A stretch of 64,000 nucleotides of DNA from a virus, in IMG/VR virus record IMGVR_UViG_2599185311_000001, positions 1,978 through 65,977 of that record, one strand, 5' to 3'. Made by a program: the position numbers and the translations under genes. Shown in pieces: positions 1-9,065 of the stretch. How positions within the stretch are numbered: the stretch's first letter is position 1; each line of letters opens with the position of its first letter. The notes beneath the pieces are model-generated. The model saw only the letters and a program-made list of their open reading frames with translations, searched no databases and was not told the origin of the DNA.

Positions 1-547
1 ACTCCGCTGTTTCACCCCGCCCCAGATCGATCGGTCCCAATGCCGCACTTGACGAACCTATCGTATCGACAGCCGAGGCCGTCGAAACGGTCACCACGCC
101 GGTTCCCACATTGATAAGGTTGAGCGTCGCCCCATGCATGACTCCGGCTGTATCGGGCAACGTGGCGCTGATCGGTGTCGCACTAGCGAAACTGACGACC
201 CCGCCGATGTGAGCCACTGTCAACGCGGTATTGGTCGCGTATGCAGTAAAGCCGGAATACTGGAGCCCGCTGCGTCTCACGAACTCCGTAGTCGCCACGG
301 ATCTGTCGTTGTCGAACTGTGGAGCGGTGGTGAATAACCCGCTGCCTCGCAATGCTGTCAATAACTGATTGTTCAGTTGTTCCGACGGTGTCAACCCGGC
401 GGCTTGAATGACATTAAGCACCTCTTGCGTGACGCCATTCCCCCAACTGGCGGGGATCAATGATCCCGGCGTACCTGCCAGTGGATCCTCATCCACGAAC
501 CGACCATTCTCCAGGCCCGCACTGGGCACACTTTTGGGATAATCCAA
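1..547 (-). CDS. Tail fibre 3 of the Mu-like module (3' end outside window; TTG start, missing from the ORF track)
   Basis: Manual translation: AGGAG RBS, then TTG-DYPKSVPSAGLENGRFVDEDPLAGTPGSLIPASWGN, the same N-terminus as the fibres at 2329 and 4012; frame open to base 1. Confidence 0.88.
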   Translation of the reverse strand, partial: MDYPKSVPSAGLENGRFVDEDPLAGTPGSLIPASWGNGVTQEVLNVIQAAGLTPSEQLNNQLLTALRGSGLFTTAPQFDNDRSVATTEFVRRSGLQYSGFTAYATNTALTVAHIGGVVSFASATPISATLPDTAGVMHGATLNLINVGTGVVTVSTASAVDTIGSSSAALGPIDLGRGETAE

Positions 548-666
548 GTTCCTCTCCTTTAAATTTCAAACGGTCGAAAACGGCAATAGAAGGCCTCGCC
601 TGTTGACTCGCACCAACAGCGCCTGGGAAAAATGAGCGTTTTTTAGCCGTCCAACCTGTATTGGGT

Positions 667-1233
667 TTAAACAGCGGACTCAGGCACGACCGGCCAGGTG
701 ATGTCGGTTGGGAAACCGGTTTGATGCTGGATGCGGTTCAATTCGACGCTGTAAAGCTTCCATTCCATCAGCGCCAGTTGCTCCTGATCGCTCGCATCGC
801 CGATGTCCTCGGCGTATTGCAGGGGAGCGATACGCAGAACTGCGTCGCGAAGAAGAGCATCCCGTTCGGCCAGGACCCGAGTCTTGACGTCGTTCAGCTG
901 TGACTCAACATCAAACTGCCAGGACTGGTTTGCCCAAATGTGGTAATTACCCGGCCAGGGCTCCCTTGTGAACGCAGCCGGCAACTCTCCAAGTTCGCTC
1001 CAGACCTGCTGGCCTCCATCTTCTATGCGATAAACCAGACCGCGATGATCAATCACCTCTCGAGGAACATTATTCACCAGCGCCCACGTACGGCCGCTTT
1101 CAGGCGGGGGGAGCTCAAAGGAAATTTCAACAGCATTGCTGGGAATCTGAACGCCAATACCCGGCGTTACGGAAAACTCCACGGGCCCGGACAATGCGCC
1201 GGACTTATCGAATAGATAATAAAACACAGACAC
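667..1233 (-). CDS. Tail fibre assembly chaperone (Tfa-like)
   Basis: C-terminal ERDALLR..LRIAPLQYAEDIG..EWKLYSVELNRI..GFP..ITWP motif; follows a fibre gene. Confidence 0.85.
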   Translation of the reverse strand: MSVFYYLFDKSGALSGPVEFSVTPGIGVQIPSNAVEISFELPPPESGRTWALVNNVPREVIDHRGLVYRIEDGGQQVWSELGELPAAFTREPWPGNYHIWANQSWQFDVESQLNDVKTRVLAERDALLRDAVLRIAPLQYAEDIGDASDQEQLALMEWKLYSVELNRIQHQTGFPTDITWPVVPESAV

Positions 1234-1234
1234 C

Positions 1235-2329
1235 TCAGATTAGTTTCATACGCGCAGGATAGGCGACGTTACGCGGGCGAGACTTGAACGAGTAGAGCAG
1301 CGTATTGGCCGGATCCATCTGGTAGGAGGTCCCAGCAGGGAAAGTCGGGCCGCCGTTTACCAAATCTCCGATGATTTTGATTTCCTCGCGGGTATTGGCA
1401 CCGAAACCGGTAAGACTATCGGACCATCTTGATCCAACCGCACCAGCCCCTTGCGCCCCTAGCGCATGAGAGTGGACAGTGCCGGGTTGAAAGGTCCCCA
1501 TCGCCCGTCCCGTGTCCACAGAACGCCCTTCGTCCAGAATTCGCAGAAACTCACCCCGTCCTTCCGGCGCACGGAAAGTAAGTGCCCCGTCACCGGAGCT
1601 CCATTTACCTTCGTTCCCCTCCCGAGTGGCTTCGGTGCCGAGCATTCCGGACTGTTGGGCGTGATCCCAGAGCCATGGCCATTCAGCACGCTTCATGACT
1701 GTGCCATTTAGCGCTCCGTAACCTCCCGGGCTCAGTTGGATAGTCGTTTCAAAAAACGGGCGTCCCAAGGGAGTGTTGTCAAAGCGCCCCATGGGCCACC
1801 AGTTCCCGGCACCGTCACTGCGCAAATGCCACCAGTCTCCACTGCCCATCAATACGATAAATGGATAACCGACAGCCGAAAGGTGGGTGTGGAACTTGAC
1901 TCGGTCCGCGCCGGCGGCCTGAACCACGAGACGATTACCGCTGTTGTCCAGGCGACGAATGATGACATCTCGAACACCCAGCCCGACGTTGGACGAGGGC
2001 AACCCGATGGTAGTGGCGCCAGCATTGGCGTCAATCAATACGAGACCCAGCTCACTTGCCGTCAGCGCCTTCGACAGGGCCAGACGTGTAATCACCGAAC
2101 GCGTAGGGGTGGTCGTACCGATGATCTTCTGAACGGCTTTAAAAAGCTGCTGGGTGTCTGCTTCGGATGGCGCCATATCGGCGCCAGAAATCACCCCCAG
2201 GATTTCCTGTGTGACGCTGTTGCCCCACACGGCGGGGATCAGGGATCCCGGCGAGCCTTCGACGGGGTTTTCATCCACGAACCGACCGTTCACCAGCCCG
2301 ACGCTGGGAACACTTTTTGGATAATCCAT
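1235..2329 (-). CDS. Tail fibre 2 of the Mu-like module, with tail-collar-like domain
   Basis: MDYPKSVPS N-terminus; collar-type motif FRAPEGRGEFLRILDEGRSVD. Confidence 0.88.
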   Translation of the reverse strand: MDYPKSVPSVGLVNGRFVDENPVEGSPGSLIPAVWGNSVTQEILGVISGADMAPSEADTQQLFKAVQKIIGTTTPTRSVITRLALSKALTASELGLVLIDANAGATTIGLPSSNVGLGVRDVIIRRLDNSGNRLVVQAAGADRVKFHTHLSAVGYPFIVLMGSGDWWHLRSDGAGNWWPMGRFDNTPLGRPFFETTIQLSPGGYGALNGTVMKRAEWPWLWDHAQQSGMLGTEATREGNEGKWSSGDGALTFRAPEGRGEFLRILDEGRSVDTGRAMGTFQPGTVHSHALGAQGAGAVGSRWSDSLTGFGANTREEIKIIGDLVNGGPTFPAGTSYQMDPANTLLYSFKSRPRNVAYPARMKLI

Positions 2330-2354
2330 GTTTTATTGCTCTCTATGGATGGGT

Positions 2355-2864
2355 TCAAGCGCGAAGAGGTAGCGCTCGGATAGTCGCAAGCACCTCATCA
2401 GCCACTTGGCTGGCAAGATCCGCCTTGCCTTTGGCCATGTGTGCGCGAATCTGTGCCTTGGCCTTGAGGCGCAGTTCGCGAAGCGCCAGCAGGTTCGCTT
2501 CAAATTCAGCGGCCTTGGCGAGAATCTGATCCGCCGCCTGCCTGGCTGTGCGCCCTTTTACGACCCAGGCAGAAACCGACAACGGAACGGTTTTTTTCGG
2601 GTAGCCCTGATCCTTGAAGGCCTGCGCTTCAAGGGCCGCTTGTTGATATTCCAGGGCGCGTAGGGGATCACCGGCCAACGCGCGACGGGCGCTGTCGGCA
2701 GCGGAATCGATCTTGTCGCACAGGCGTTCGCCTTCCTGTTGTATAAGCACACCCGCTTTCTCAACATCCAGCACCCAACTGTCACCGTTCCAGTCATGGG
2801 CTGGAGAAGGCCGCGCGGGACGCAGCCCTTCCTCGAACTGATGCAATTCTTGAATGACGTTCAT
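2355..2864 (-). CDS. Putative tail fibre chaperone
   Basis: Coupled to the fibre 1 stop; PSPAHDWNG..W motif. Confidence 0.7.
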   Translation of the reverse strand: MNVIQELHQFEEGLRPARPSPAHDWNGDSWVLDVEKAGVLIQQEGERLCDKIDSAADSARRALAGDPLRALEYQQAALEAQAFKDQGYPKKTVPLSVSAWVVKGRTARQAADQILAKAAEFEANLLALRELRLKAKAQIRAHMAKGKADLASQVADEVLATIRALPLRA

Positions 2865-4012
2865 CGAATCAACTCCCAGGAAAAATTAACGTTAACAGCA
2901 GCGGAAAAGTTGATTGCAATGCCGTTGGAATAGTCCGATTGCGCAAAGGTCTTGATGCCCATGCTGAATAGCAACTCGTCACTAGCAGCATTTGCGGCCC
3001 CAAGGGTATGTTCGGCTTGGTATACCTGCCACAGCGAACGTAGTTCGGAGTGATCAAAACTGGCCGTCAAAGTCGAAACGGTAGTATCGCCAACGACATT
3101 GCTGGAAAAAATCAAGGCCGGCGCACCGGCGGAGGACCAACCATCCCAATTACTGGATGTCCCCACCGTGGGATTCAACGAGCAGTAGTTACCACCGAGC
3201 CATCCGCCCGGAGCAAAACCAACACTTGTAAGGCCAGTGGGGTGTGGCGTCGGATTACCCACTATCAAACGTGCCGCCCGGGCGTGAGGATCAAGCGGTA
3301 GTGAAACCACGCCGCTGCCATTGACGGTCTGTGTCCACAGTAACCGGGCACGGTTGTAGATCAGCCTGACGACAGGTACCGATCCGGGTCCAGCTGTCAC
3401 TATCCAGGCAATGCAAATGTCTAGCGGGGTCGACTGAAAGCCCCCGCCCGCAGCGCCATTGGCGATACCCTTCAGCCCCTCGGGGGCCGAGTCATGAGGG
3501 GCTCCGCGCTGCGTGTAGAAGGTCAGCGTTCCACCGCTCACCTGCGCTCGCAAGAAGTAGCTAGAGGTCGGCAATAGATCGCCGCTGCTCCATGCCTGAG
3601 TGGTAAAGGTACGCACTCTGCCCAGCTGTCCCGGCACCACTTCCTGTCCCAGGCCAATCAATACGCCCGCGGGAATCGAAACGCGTCCGCCGCTGGTTGA
3701 AACCGCAGAGGGAGTCACCACCAGACGTCCGTCAGTACTGGCCACGGTCGGCATGGGCAGCGAACTTATCGGCAAAGCAGAATCAAGCGTCCATCCCCTG
3801 GCCGACACACTGCGAATTGCTTGCAGCAACTGATCATATTTCTGCTCGTCCGGCGTCAGCTCACCCGCCTTGATGACGTTCAGAATTTCCTCCGTCACCC
3901 CATTTCCCCAATCCGCCGGAATCAACGACCCCGGCGTCCCGGTCAGCGGGTTTTCATCCACGAACTTCCCATTCACCAGCCCGGCGCTGGGCACACTCTT
4001 CGGATAATCCAT
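2861..4012 (-). CDS. Tail fibre 1 of the Mu-like module
   Basis: MDYPKSVPSAGLVNGKF N-terminus directly after the gp48-like gene. Confidence 0.88.
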   Translation of the reverse strand: MDYPKSVPSAGLVNGKFVDENPLTGTPGSLIPADWGNGVTEEILNVIKAGELTPDEQKYDQLLQAIRSVSARGWTLDSALPISSLPMPTVASTDGRLVVTPSAVSTSGGRVSIPAGVLIGLGQEVVPGQLGRVRTFTTQAWSSGDLLPTSSYFLRAQVSGGTLTFYTQRGAPHDSAPEGLKGIANGAAGGGFQSTPLDICIAWIVTAGPGSVPVVRLIYNRARLLWTQTVNGSGVVSLPLDPHARAARLIVGNPTPHPTGLTSVGFAPGGWLGGNYCSLNPTVGTSSNWDGWSSAGAPALIFSSNVVGDTTVSTLTASFDHSELRSLWQVYQAEHTLGAANAASDELLFSMGIKTFAQSDYSNGIAINFSAAVNVNFSWELIR

Positions 4013-4022
4013 CTTCTATTCC

Positions 4023-4622
4023 TTAGTCATAATTGATGTGAACCTTGGTATGCGCCGGTGCACTGCGATGAATCAGGCACTCCAGGGCCGAGCCCGGATT
4101 AACGCCAAAACGCTCGCCCCAATAGCTCGCACCAAAACGCCGCCCCAGCAGCAGCCGGCCACCGGTATTGAGGGTCCACATGAACTGCGCCTGCCAGGTG
4201 CCAAAATGCGCTTCGCCGAACCGGGCGCGGCCCATGCGCGGCGCCTTCAGTTCAGTGATGGTGGCGTTGGGGTAACCCTGGCTCTTGGCGATTTCCACGT
4301 AGTAGGCAATGGCTTGGCTGCCCACCGCCAACAACCGTCGGCGCACCGCCAGACGGCGATCGTCATACAACGGCGTGGCCCCGAGGCACGGATCCGGCAG
4401 GTTCATCACCCGCTCCCAGTCCGGCACCAGCTCACTCACGCCCGCCGGATCCATCTCGTTGAGCAGGTCGGCGGCACGGGCGTCGAGGCGGGCCAATTCC
4501 TGGGCGATGCCTTGCAGCACGTCGTCCAGCTCCGGTACGTGCTCCGGATCCCATGCCGGGCCGCTGGGCAGCAGGCTGCGCAGTTGGGCCTGGTACTGTT
4601 CGGCGGTTCTTATTCCAGCCAT
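4023..4622 (-). CDS. Baseplate protein, Mu gp48/YmfQ-like
   Basis: LRSLLPSGPAW..ELVPDWERVMNLPD motif; synteny. Confidence 0.85.
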   Translation of the reverse strand: MAGIRTAEQYQAQLRSLLPSGPAWDPEHVPELDDVLQGIAQELARLDARAADLLNEMDPAGVSELVPDWERVMNLPDPCLGATPLYDDRRLAVRRRLLAVGSQAIAYYVEIAKSQGYPNATITELKAPRMGRARFGEAHFGTWQAQFMWTLNTGGRLLLGRRFGASYWGERFGVNPGSALECLIHRSAPAHTKVHINYD

Positions 4623-5650
4623 GTGCAGCCTCCGAACGTCAGCAACTGATTGCTGGCGGCGACGACATCGGCGACTGGCGCGCTGAGTTTGTGGTCGGTT
4701 TCGCCGGTGGCGCTGCTGATGGCTTCAGCGATATGACTGAGCAACAGCGTTTCGCCGAGGCCGGCTTCACGGTTATGCAAGTCGCGCAGTTGGGCCTCGA
4801 TGGCGGCCCGCACGGCGCTGGTGTCCGGCGTGATGCGCAGCCTGTAGTTCACCGGTACCTGCGTCGGCGCCAGCACGTGCAGCTCAGCGGTCACCGGGCG
4901 CAAGGGCTCGATGTAGGCCCGCACGTCTTCCAATTGCTCGGCGTTGGGGATCGGTTGCGGATCGTCGTCCCGCATCACGAACAGGCCGACGGTGCCTGGC
5001 CCCAGGTAGCTGCCCCGGCACCACGCACGGGTGATGCCGGGGCACTCCAGGGCCCAGGTTTCATAGTCCTGGGCCGAACCGCCGTGGGGAATCACGCGAT
5101 AGGAACGGATCACCCTGGCGCGCAGGGACTCAAGGCTTTCCCGGGCAACACCGCCGGTTAGCCCCGGCGCCAGCACGGTGAAGCGATTGTCGATGCCCAG
5201 AAGCGGCTGCACCGGTGTCAGCACCAGGCCGGCATCGGCATTGCCCAGGCTACCGGCTTCCAGCGCCGCGACGGTGGCGGTGTTCAGGCCATTGCTGGTG
5301 GTGCGGGCGGTGGTCACTTTATAAATGCGGCCATCGGTGGATTGCAGCAGCGTATCGACATCCAGCACGGCACCTGCCGCAGCGCTGAAGCTGACATTGC
5401 CGCTGGCTACTTGGGCCGCTTTGCGCGCCTGGTTCAGGCGCAGGGCGGCGATGCGTTCCAGGGTGGACTCATCGGCCTTGTCCGGCAGGATCTGCTCGGC
5501 GATCCAGTCCAGGTAGCCATACAGGCCGTAGGCGGCGCCGCCAAGGGTGCGGGCCAACACTTGGGCATCGGACTGGCGCAGCGAATCGCTGGCCAGGTCG
5601 CTTTGGGCGCGTTTGATCAGCACCGGCAGCGAAGGGGTTTCAAACGGCAT
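4610..5650 (-). CDS. Baseplate J-like protein (Mu gp47-like)
   Basis: GG..QDYETWALECPGITRAW motif; synteny. Confidence 0.9.
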   Translation of the reverse strand: MPFETPSLPVLIKRAQSDLASDSLRQSDAQVLARTLGGAAYGLYGYLDWIAEQILPDKADESTLERIAALRLNQARKAAQVASGNVSFSAAAGAVLDVDTLLQSTDGRIYKVTTARTTSNGLNTATVAALEAGSLGNADAGLVLTPVQPLLGIDNRFTVLAPGLTGGVARESLESLRARVIRSYRVIPHGGSAQDYETWALECPGITRAWCRGSYLGPGTVGLFVMRDDDPQPIPNAEQLEDVRAYIEPLRPVTAELHVLAPTQVPVNYRLRITPDTSAVRAAIEAQLRDLHNREAGLGETLLLSHIAEAISSATGETDHKLSAPVADVVAASNQLLTFGGCTWLE

Positions 5651-6041
5651 AGGTCACCTGCCAACTGTTATCGGGGTTGATGTCCAGGCGCTCGCCGTCG
5701 GCCAGGGTCAGGACCGTGCGCAGGTTCAGGCGCTGGGCGTCGAGGCGTTCGCTGATGATGTCGATGGCACTGCAGTGGCCGTCATCGATCAGCCATTGCA
5801 AGGCCTCGCGGGCATAGAATTCGGCGTCGAGCTGGGTCTGGCGGGTCAGCTTGACCCGGCGCAACAGCCACAGCCGCGAGCCGATGCGGTCGTCGGCAAC
5901 GGTGGGAAAGGTGTCGCCCCACCAGCCGAAACGTTCGTCATCGTCGACGGCATCGTCATCGGCGGCGCGGCGCCAAGTGAACAGGCTGATCAGCACCGAA
6001 CGGGTCAGCGCGGCGTGCAGGTTCTGGCTGATGAACATCAT
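5640..6041 (-). CDS. Baseplate protein, Mu gp46-like
   Basis: SVLISLFTWRRA..GWWGDT..IGSRLWLL motif. Confidence 0.88.
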   Translation of the reverse strand: MMFISQNLHAALTRSVLISLFTWRRAADDDAVDDDERFGWWGDTFPTVADDRIGSRLWLLRRVKLTRQTQLDAEFYAREALQWLIDDGHCSAIDIISERLDAQRLNLRTVLTLADGERLDINPDNSWQVTYAV

Positions 6042-6547
6042 TGACCTCCCGCCGGCGCGCCGGTCTGGCCGTTGCCGGCCTGTACGCCGACATGCACATG
6101 TTTGATCTGGCTGATGCCGCCGGCGATCTGGTCGCCTTGGGAGACGATCTTGCCGGTGTGGTTGATGACCGGGCTGTCGATGTTCACCGCGCTACTGGCG
6201 CGGATGTTCAGGGTTGCAGTCTCGATGTCGATGACACGACCGCGCTTGAAGTGGAGCTTGTCGCCTTCGTCGGTGTAGAGCGCCACTTCGCCGGGGGCCA
6301 GGGCCTGGAGACGGAAGCGGCGATCGGCGACCACCAGGACCACGGCATGGGAACGATCGCCCCCCAGGAACGTGGCAATGCCCTCGGCACCGGCCAGCGG
6401 GTTGCTGGTGAAGCCGTAGGGTTCGAAGTGCTCCATGTCGTCGTTCACTTCGCCGGCGGTGAGGCGCATTTGCAGCGACTGCAACTTGGTGGCCGAATTG
6501 GCGAGCACGACAGTGCCGCGCGCCAGGAGGCGGGTCAGTAGGCTCAT
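6038..6547 (-). CDS. Baseplate spike assembly protein, Mu gp45-like
   Basis: EHFEPYGFTSNP motif; start placed at MSLLTRLL because the longer track ORF runs through a REP. Confidence 0.88.
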   Translation of the reverse strand: MSLLTRLLARGTVVLANSATKLQSLQMRLTAGEVNDDMEHFEPYGFTSNPLAGAEGIATFLGGDRSHAVVLVVADRRFRLQALAPGEVALYTDEGDKLHFKRGRVIDIETATLNIRASSAVNIDSPVINHTGKIVSQGDQIAGGISQIKHVHVGVQAGNGQTGAPAGGQ

Positions 6548-6674
6548 TGAGGTTTCCTTGAGAATCGGGGACTTGAACGCGGTGTTCGGATCAACGTCTC
6601 CATCGGCTAAACTGCCGCCATCGCGAGCAAGGGATCTGTAGTGGGCGGACACTTTGGAGGCGGTCTCGAAGTAC

Positions 6675-6764
6675 TGTGGGAGCGGGCTTGCTCGCGAAGG
6701 CGTCGGGACAGCCAATATCGATGCAAGCTGGCCCACCGCTTTCGCGAGCAAGCCCGCTCCCACA
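6675..6764. repeat. REP doublet
   Basis: Inverted pair TGTGGGAGCGGGCTTGCTCGCGA ... TCGCGAGCAAGCCCGCTCCCACA. Confidence 0.9.
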
Positions 6765-6782
6765 AGGAGTTTTGCATTGGGC

Positions 6783-7823
6783 TCAGGATTTGGGCGGCAC
6801 CGGGTTGGCGTCGAAGGTATGCGGCGGTGCGACTTGCAGGGTGGTGACGGAGCCTTGGGCCGACAGCGAATACGTCACTTTGGAAATCAACATGTCACCG
6901 TCGAATCCCAGCACCGGGTCGATCACCCGTACCAAGGTGTTGTGCCGCCACAAGTCACCATTGGCCTGGCGCCAGCCTTGCACGCGGTAGGTGGTGGTCA
7001 GGGCCTTGCCGCTGCGGATGGCGCTTTCCCAATCGGCCCGTTGCTGGGCCAGTTCGAAGGTCAATTGCGCGCTCTCGCTGATCACCGTCACCCGCTTGCG
7101 CTTGAAGCCTAGATCGGTGGCGGTGCCAGAGACTTCACTTACCGCCGCCCCGCTCTGCTGATCATTGCCCTTGTGCTGGCCGATGACCCGGTATTCGGAG
7201 AACACCTGGCTATAGTCCATCGGTGCGTTGCCCGACAGAATGTTCTTGCCCAGTTCCAATACATCATTGGCCCGCCCACCGCTGCCGGGTTTGGCCAGCA
7301 ACACACGCCCTTGCGCGTCATCGGTGGAAAACACTCGGAACAACGTCAGTAAACGGTCGATGGATTGGAAGACCGTTTCCCCCGGCACGATGCTGTGTTC
7401 GCTCAACCGCGCGGTTTCAGGGATCTCGCTGACAACCCCCACGCCGTATTGCGATGCCAGGGCCTGGACGATGCTCAGCAGCGTTTGCCCGCGCCATTGA
7501 GTCGGACGGTTGATCGCCGCGCAGTCCACCAGGTCCTGGGTTTTGGAACCGCCTTCAATGCTCAGGCTGATCTGCCGGCCGTCATAGCTGACCGGTGCCT
7601 TGAACACATAACCGCTGAGGACTAGGTCGGCACCAATGCGCACCTGGCATTCATCGCCCGGACGGATCGGCACCGCTTGGGTCTGCCCCGGCCATTGCCA
7701 GGTGATATCGAGTTTGAAGGTGCGGAACTGGCGCTCCAGGTCCGCACTGATTTCCACGCTTTTCCAGCCGCCGTAATCCAATCCGCCGACGGTAAGCGAG
7801 ACAGCGTTGTCGAGCTCGTTCAT
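6783..7823 (-). CDS. Baseplate hub/tail protein, Mu gp44-like
   Basis: YGGWKSVEISADLE N-terminus; synteny. Confidence 0.88.
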   Translation of the reverse strand: MNELDNAVSLTVGGLDYGGWKSVEISADLERQFRTFKLDITWQWPGQTQAVPIRPGDECQVRIGADLVLSGYVFKAPVSYDGRQISLSIEGGSKTQDLVDCAAINRPTQWRGQTLLSIVQALASQYGVGVVSEIPETARLSEHSIVPGETVFQSIDRLLTLFRVFSTDDAQGRVLLAKPGSGGRANDVLELGKNILSGNAPMDYSQVFSEYRVIGQHKGNDQQSGAAVSEVSGTATDLGFKRKRVTVISESAQLTFELAQQRADWESAIRSGKALTTTYRVQGWRQANGDLWRHNTLVRVIDPVLGFDGDMLISKVTYSLSAQGSVTTLQVAPPHTFDANPVPPKS

Positions 7824-7826
7824 GGC

Positions 7827-9065
7827 TTACTCCCCCGAGACTTTCAGGTCATTGGGCGGCAGGAAACCAGGATGGGCGACGCCGTTACGCTGGGTCACTT
7901 CCGTCACCCGGGTGGCATCGGCGAATTGCTGATACGCCACTACCAGCGCCGGCAGGCTTTGCTTGAACGACAGGTTGATCAGCCTGACGCCTGAAGACGC
8001 CACCGCCGTCAGGTGCGCGGCCATTTGCTGGCGCAGGTTGTTCATCGCCTGGTAGTGCTCCGGATCAGCCTTGAGGGAGGCCTGCCAGATCGCATCGTTA
8101 AGGCCATCGCGCAGGGCCAGCACATCGTCGGCCACCGGCACGTCCCGGCGCCGGACCGGTTGCACGGCCTGTTGCGCCACCGACGGCGTGGCGCCCAACT
8201 TGACCGCAGGCGCTGCTACCGGCATCGCCGCAATCCATTGCGCGGCTTGCACCAGCAGCGTGTCCTGCACCAGGTCGGCCACGGCCTGGGCCGCCGCCGT
8301 GGTGTCCTTGCCCGTCGTGAGTTTGGGCGCGTCGGCCTTGCGAATGGCCTCCACCTGTTGCGACACGCTGGCGATCACGCCGCGATAGCCGTCACGGGCA
8401 AAGTCCTTCAGTTCCCGAATATCGCCCAGCAACCCTTTGAACTCGGCCACCACCTCCTTAGGCAACGTTTTCACCGCCTTGACCAGATCGCTGAGTTGCC
8501 GATAGGTCTCGATCAACGGCTTGAGCTCCTGCTCGATCACGCCGTAGATTTCCTTGAGGCTGTTGCGCAGGTCAGCGATGCCGATCCGTGCGGCCTTGAT
8601 CAAGGTCATGGCGTCTTCGAAGCGCCGCACCGCCGAACCGAGGAAGCTGTCGGCCGAAACCAGCAGCAGTTTCTGGCTATTGATCGTGGCCGAAGGGAAT
8701 TGCAGCGGCTGGTCGGGGTAAAACTTCAGGGCGAACGTCACCAGCCCGCCGTCCTGACGGGTCTGGGTCATGTCGCACTCGCCGACCTTGACCTGCAGGC
8801 GCCCCAGCCACGGATGCACCAGTTCACCGCTGCCCTGCTCCAAGGCCTTGAGCAGCTTGTCGCGCTGCTCCAGGCAATCGGGGCCGACGATGAACGCAGT
8901 CAGCTCATGAGTCTTCGCCTGCTGGCCGAGCCCCTCGAAAAACGGCTGGTCACGCTGTGGATATTCATGCAACTGGCCTTTGTGGCCGACCGGGGTTTTC
9001 GCCTGGTCGACCCAGAACCCGACGCCTCGAAACGACGCCGGCAACAAACGATCACGCCAGCTCAT
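7827..9065 (-). CDS. DNA circularisation-type tail protein, Mu gp43-like
   Basis: MSWRDRLLPASFRGVGFWV..HEYPQRD motif. Confidence 0.9.
   Translation of the reverse strand: MSWRDRLLPASFRGVGFWVDQAKTPVGHKGQLHEYPQRDQPFFEGLGQQAKTHELTAFIVGPDCLEQRDKLLKALEQGSGELVHPWLGRLQVKVGECDMTQTRQDGGLVTFALKFYPDQPLQFPSATINSQKLLLVSADSFLGSAVRRFEDAMTLIKAARIGIADLRNSLKEIYGVIEQELKPLIETYRQLSDLVKAVKTLPKEVVAEFKGLLGDIRELKDFARDGYRGVIASVSQQVEAIRKADAPKLTTGKDTTAAAQAVADLVQDTLLVQAAQWIAAMPVAAPAVKLGATPSVAQQAVQPVRRRDVPVADDVLALRDGLNDAIWQASLKADPEHYQAMNNLRQQMAAHLTAVASSGVRLINLSFKQSLPALVVAYQQFADATRVTEVTQRNGVAHPGFLPPNDLKVSGE

Noticed and set aside
1-4012. Diversity-generating retroelement or invertible fibre switch
   Set aside because: No reverse transcriptase, template/variable repeat pair, invertase or inverted crossover sites are visible; all fibres are co-oriented.
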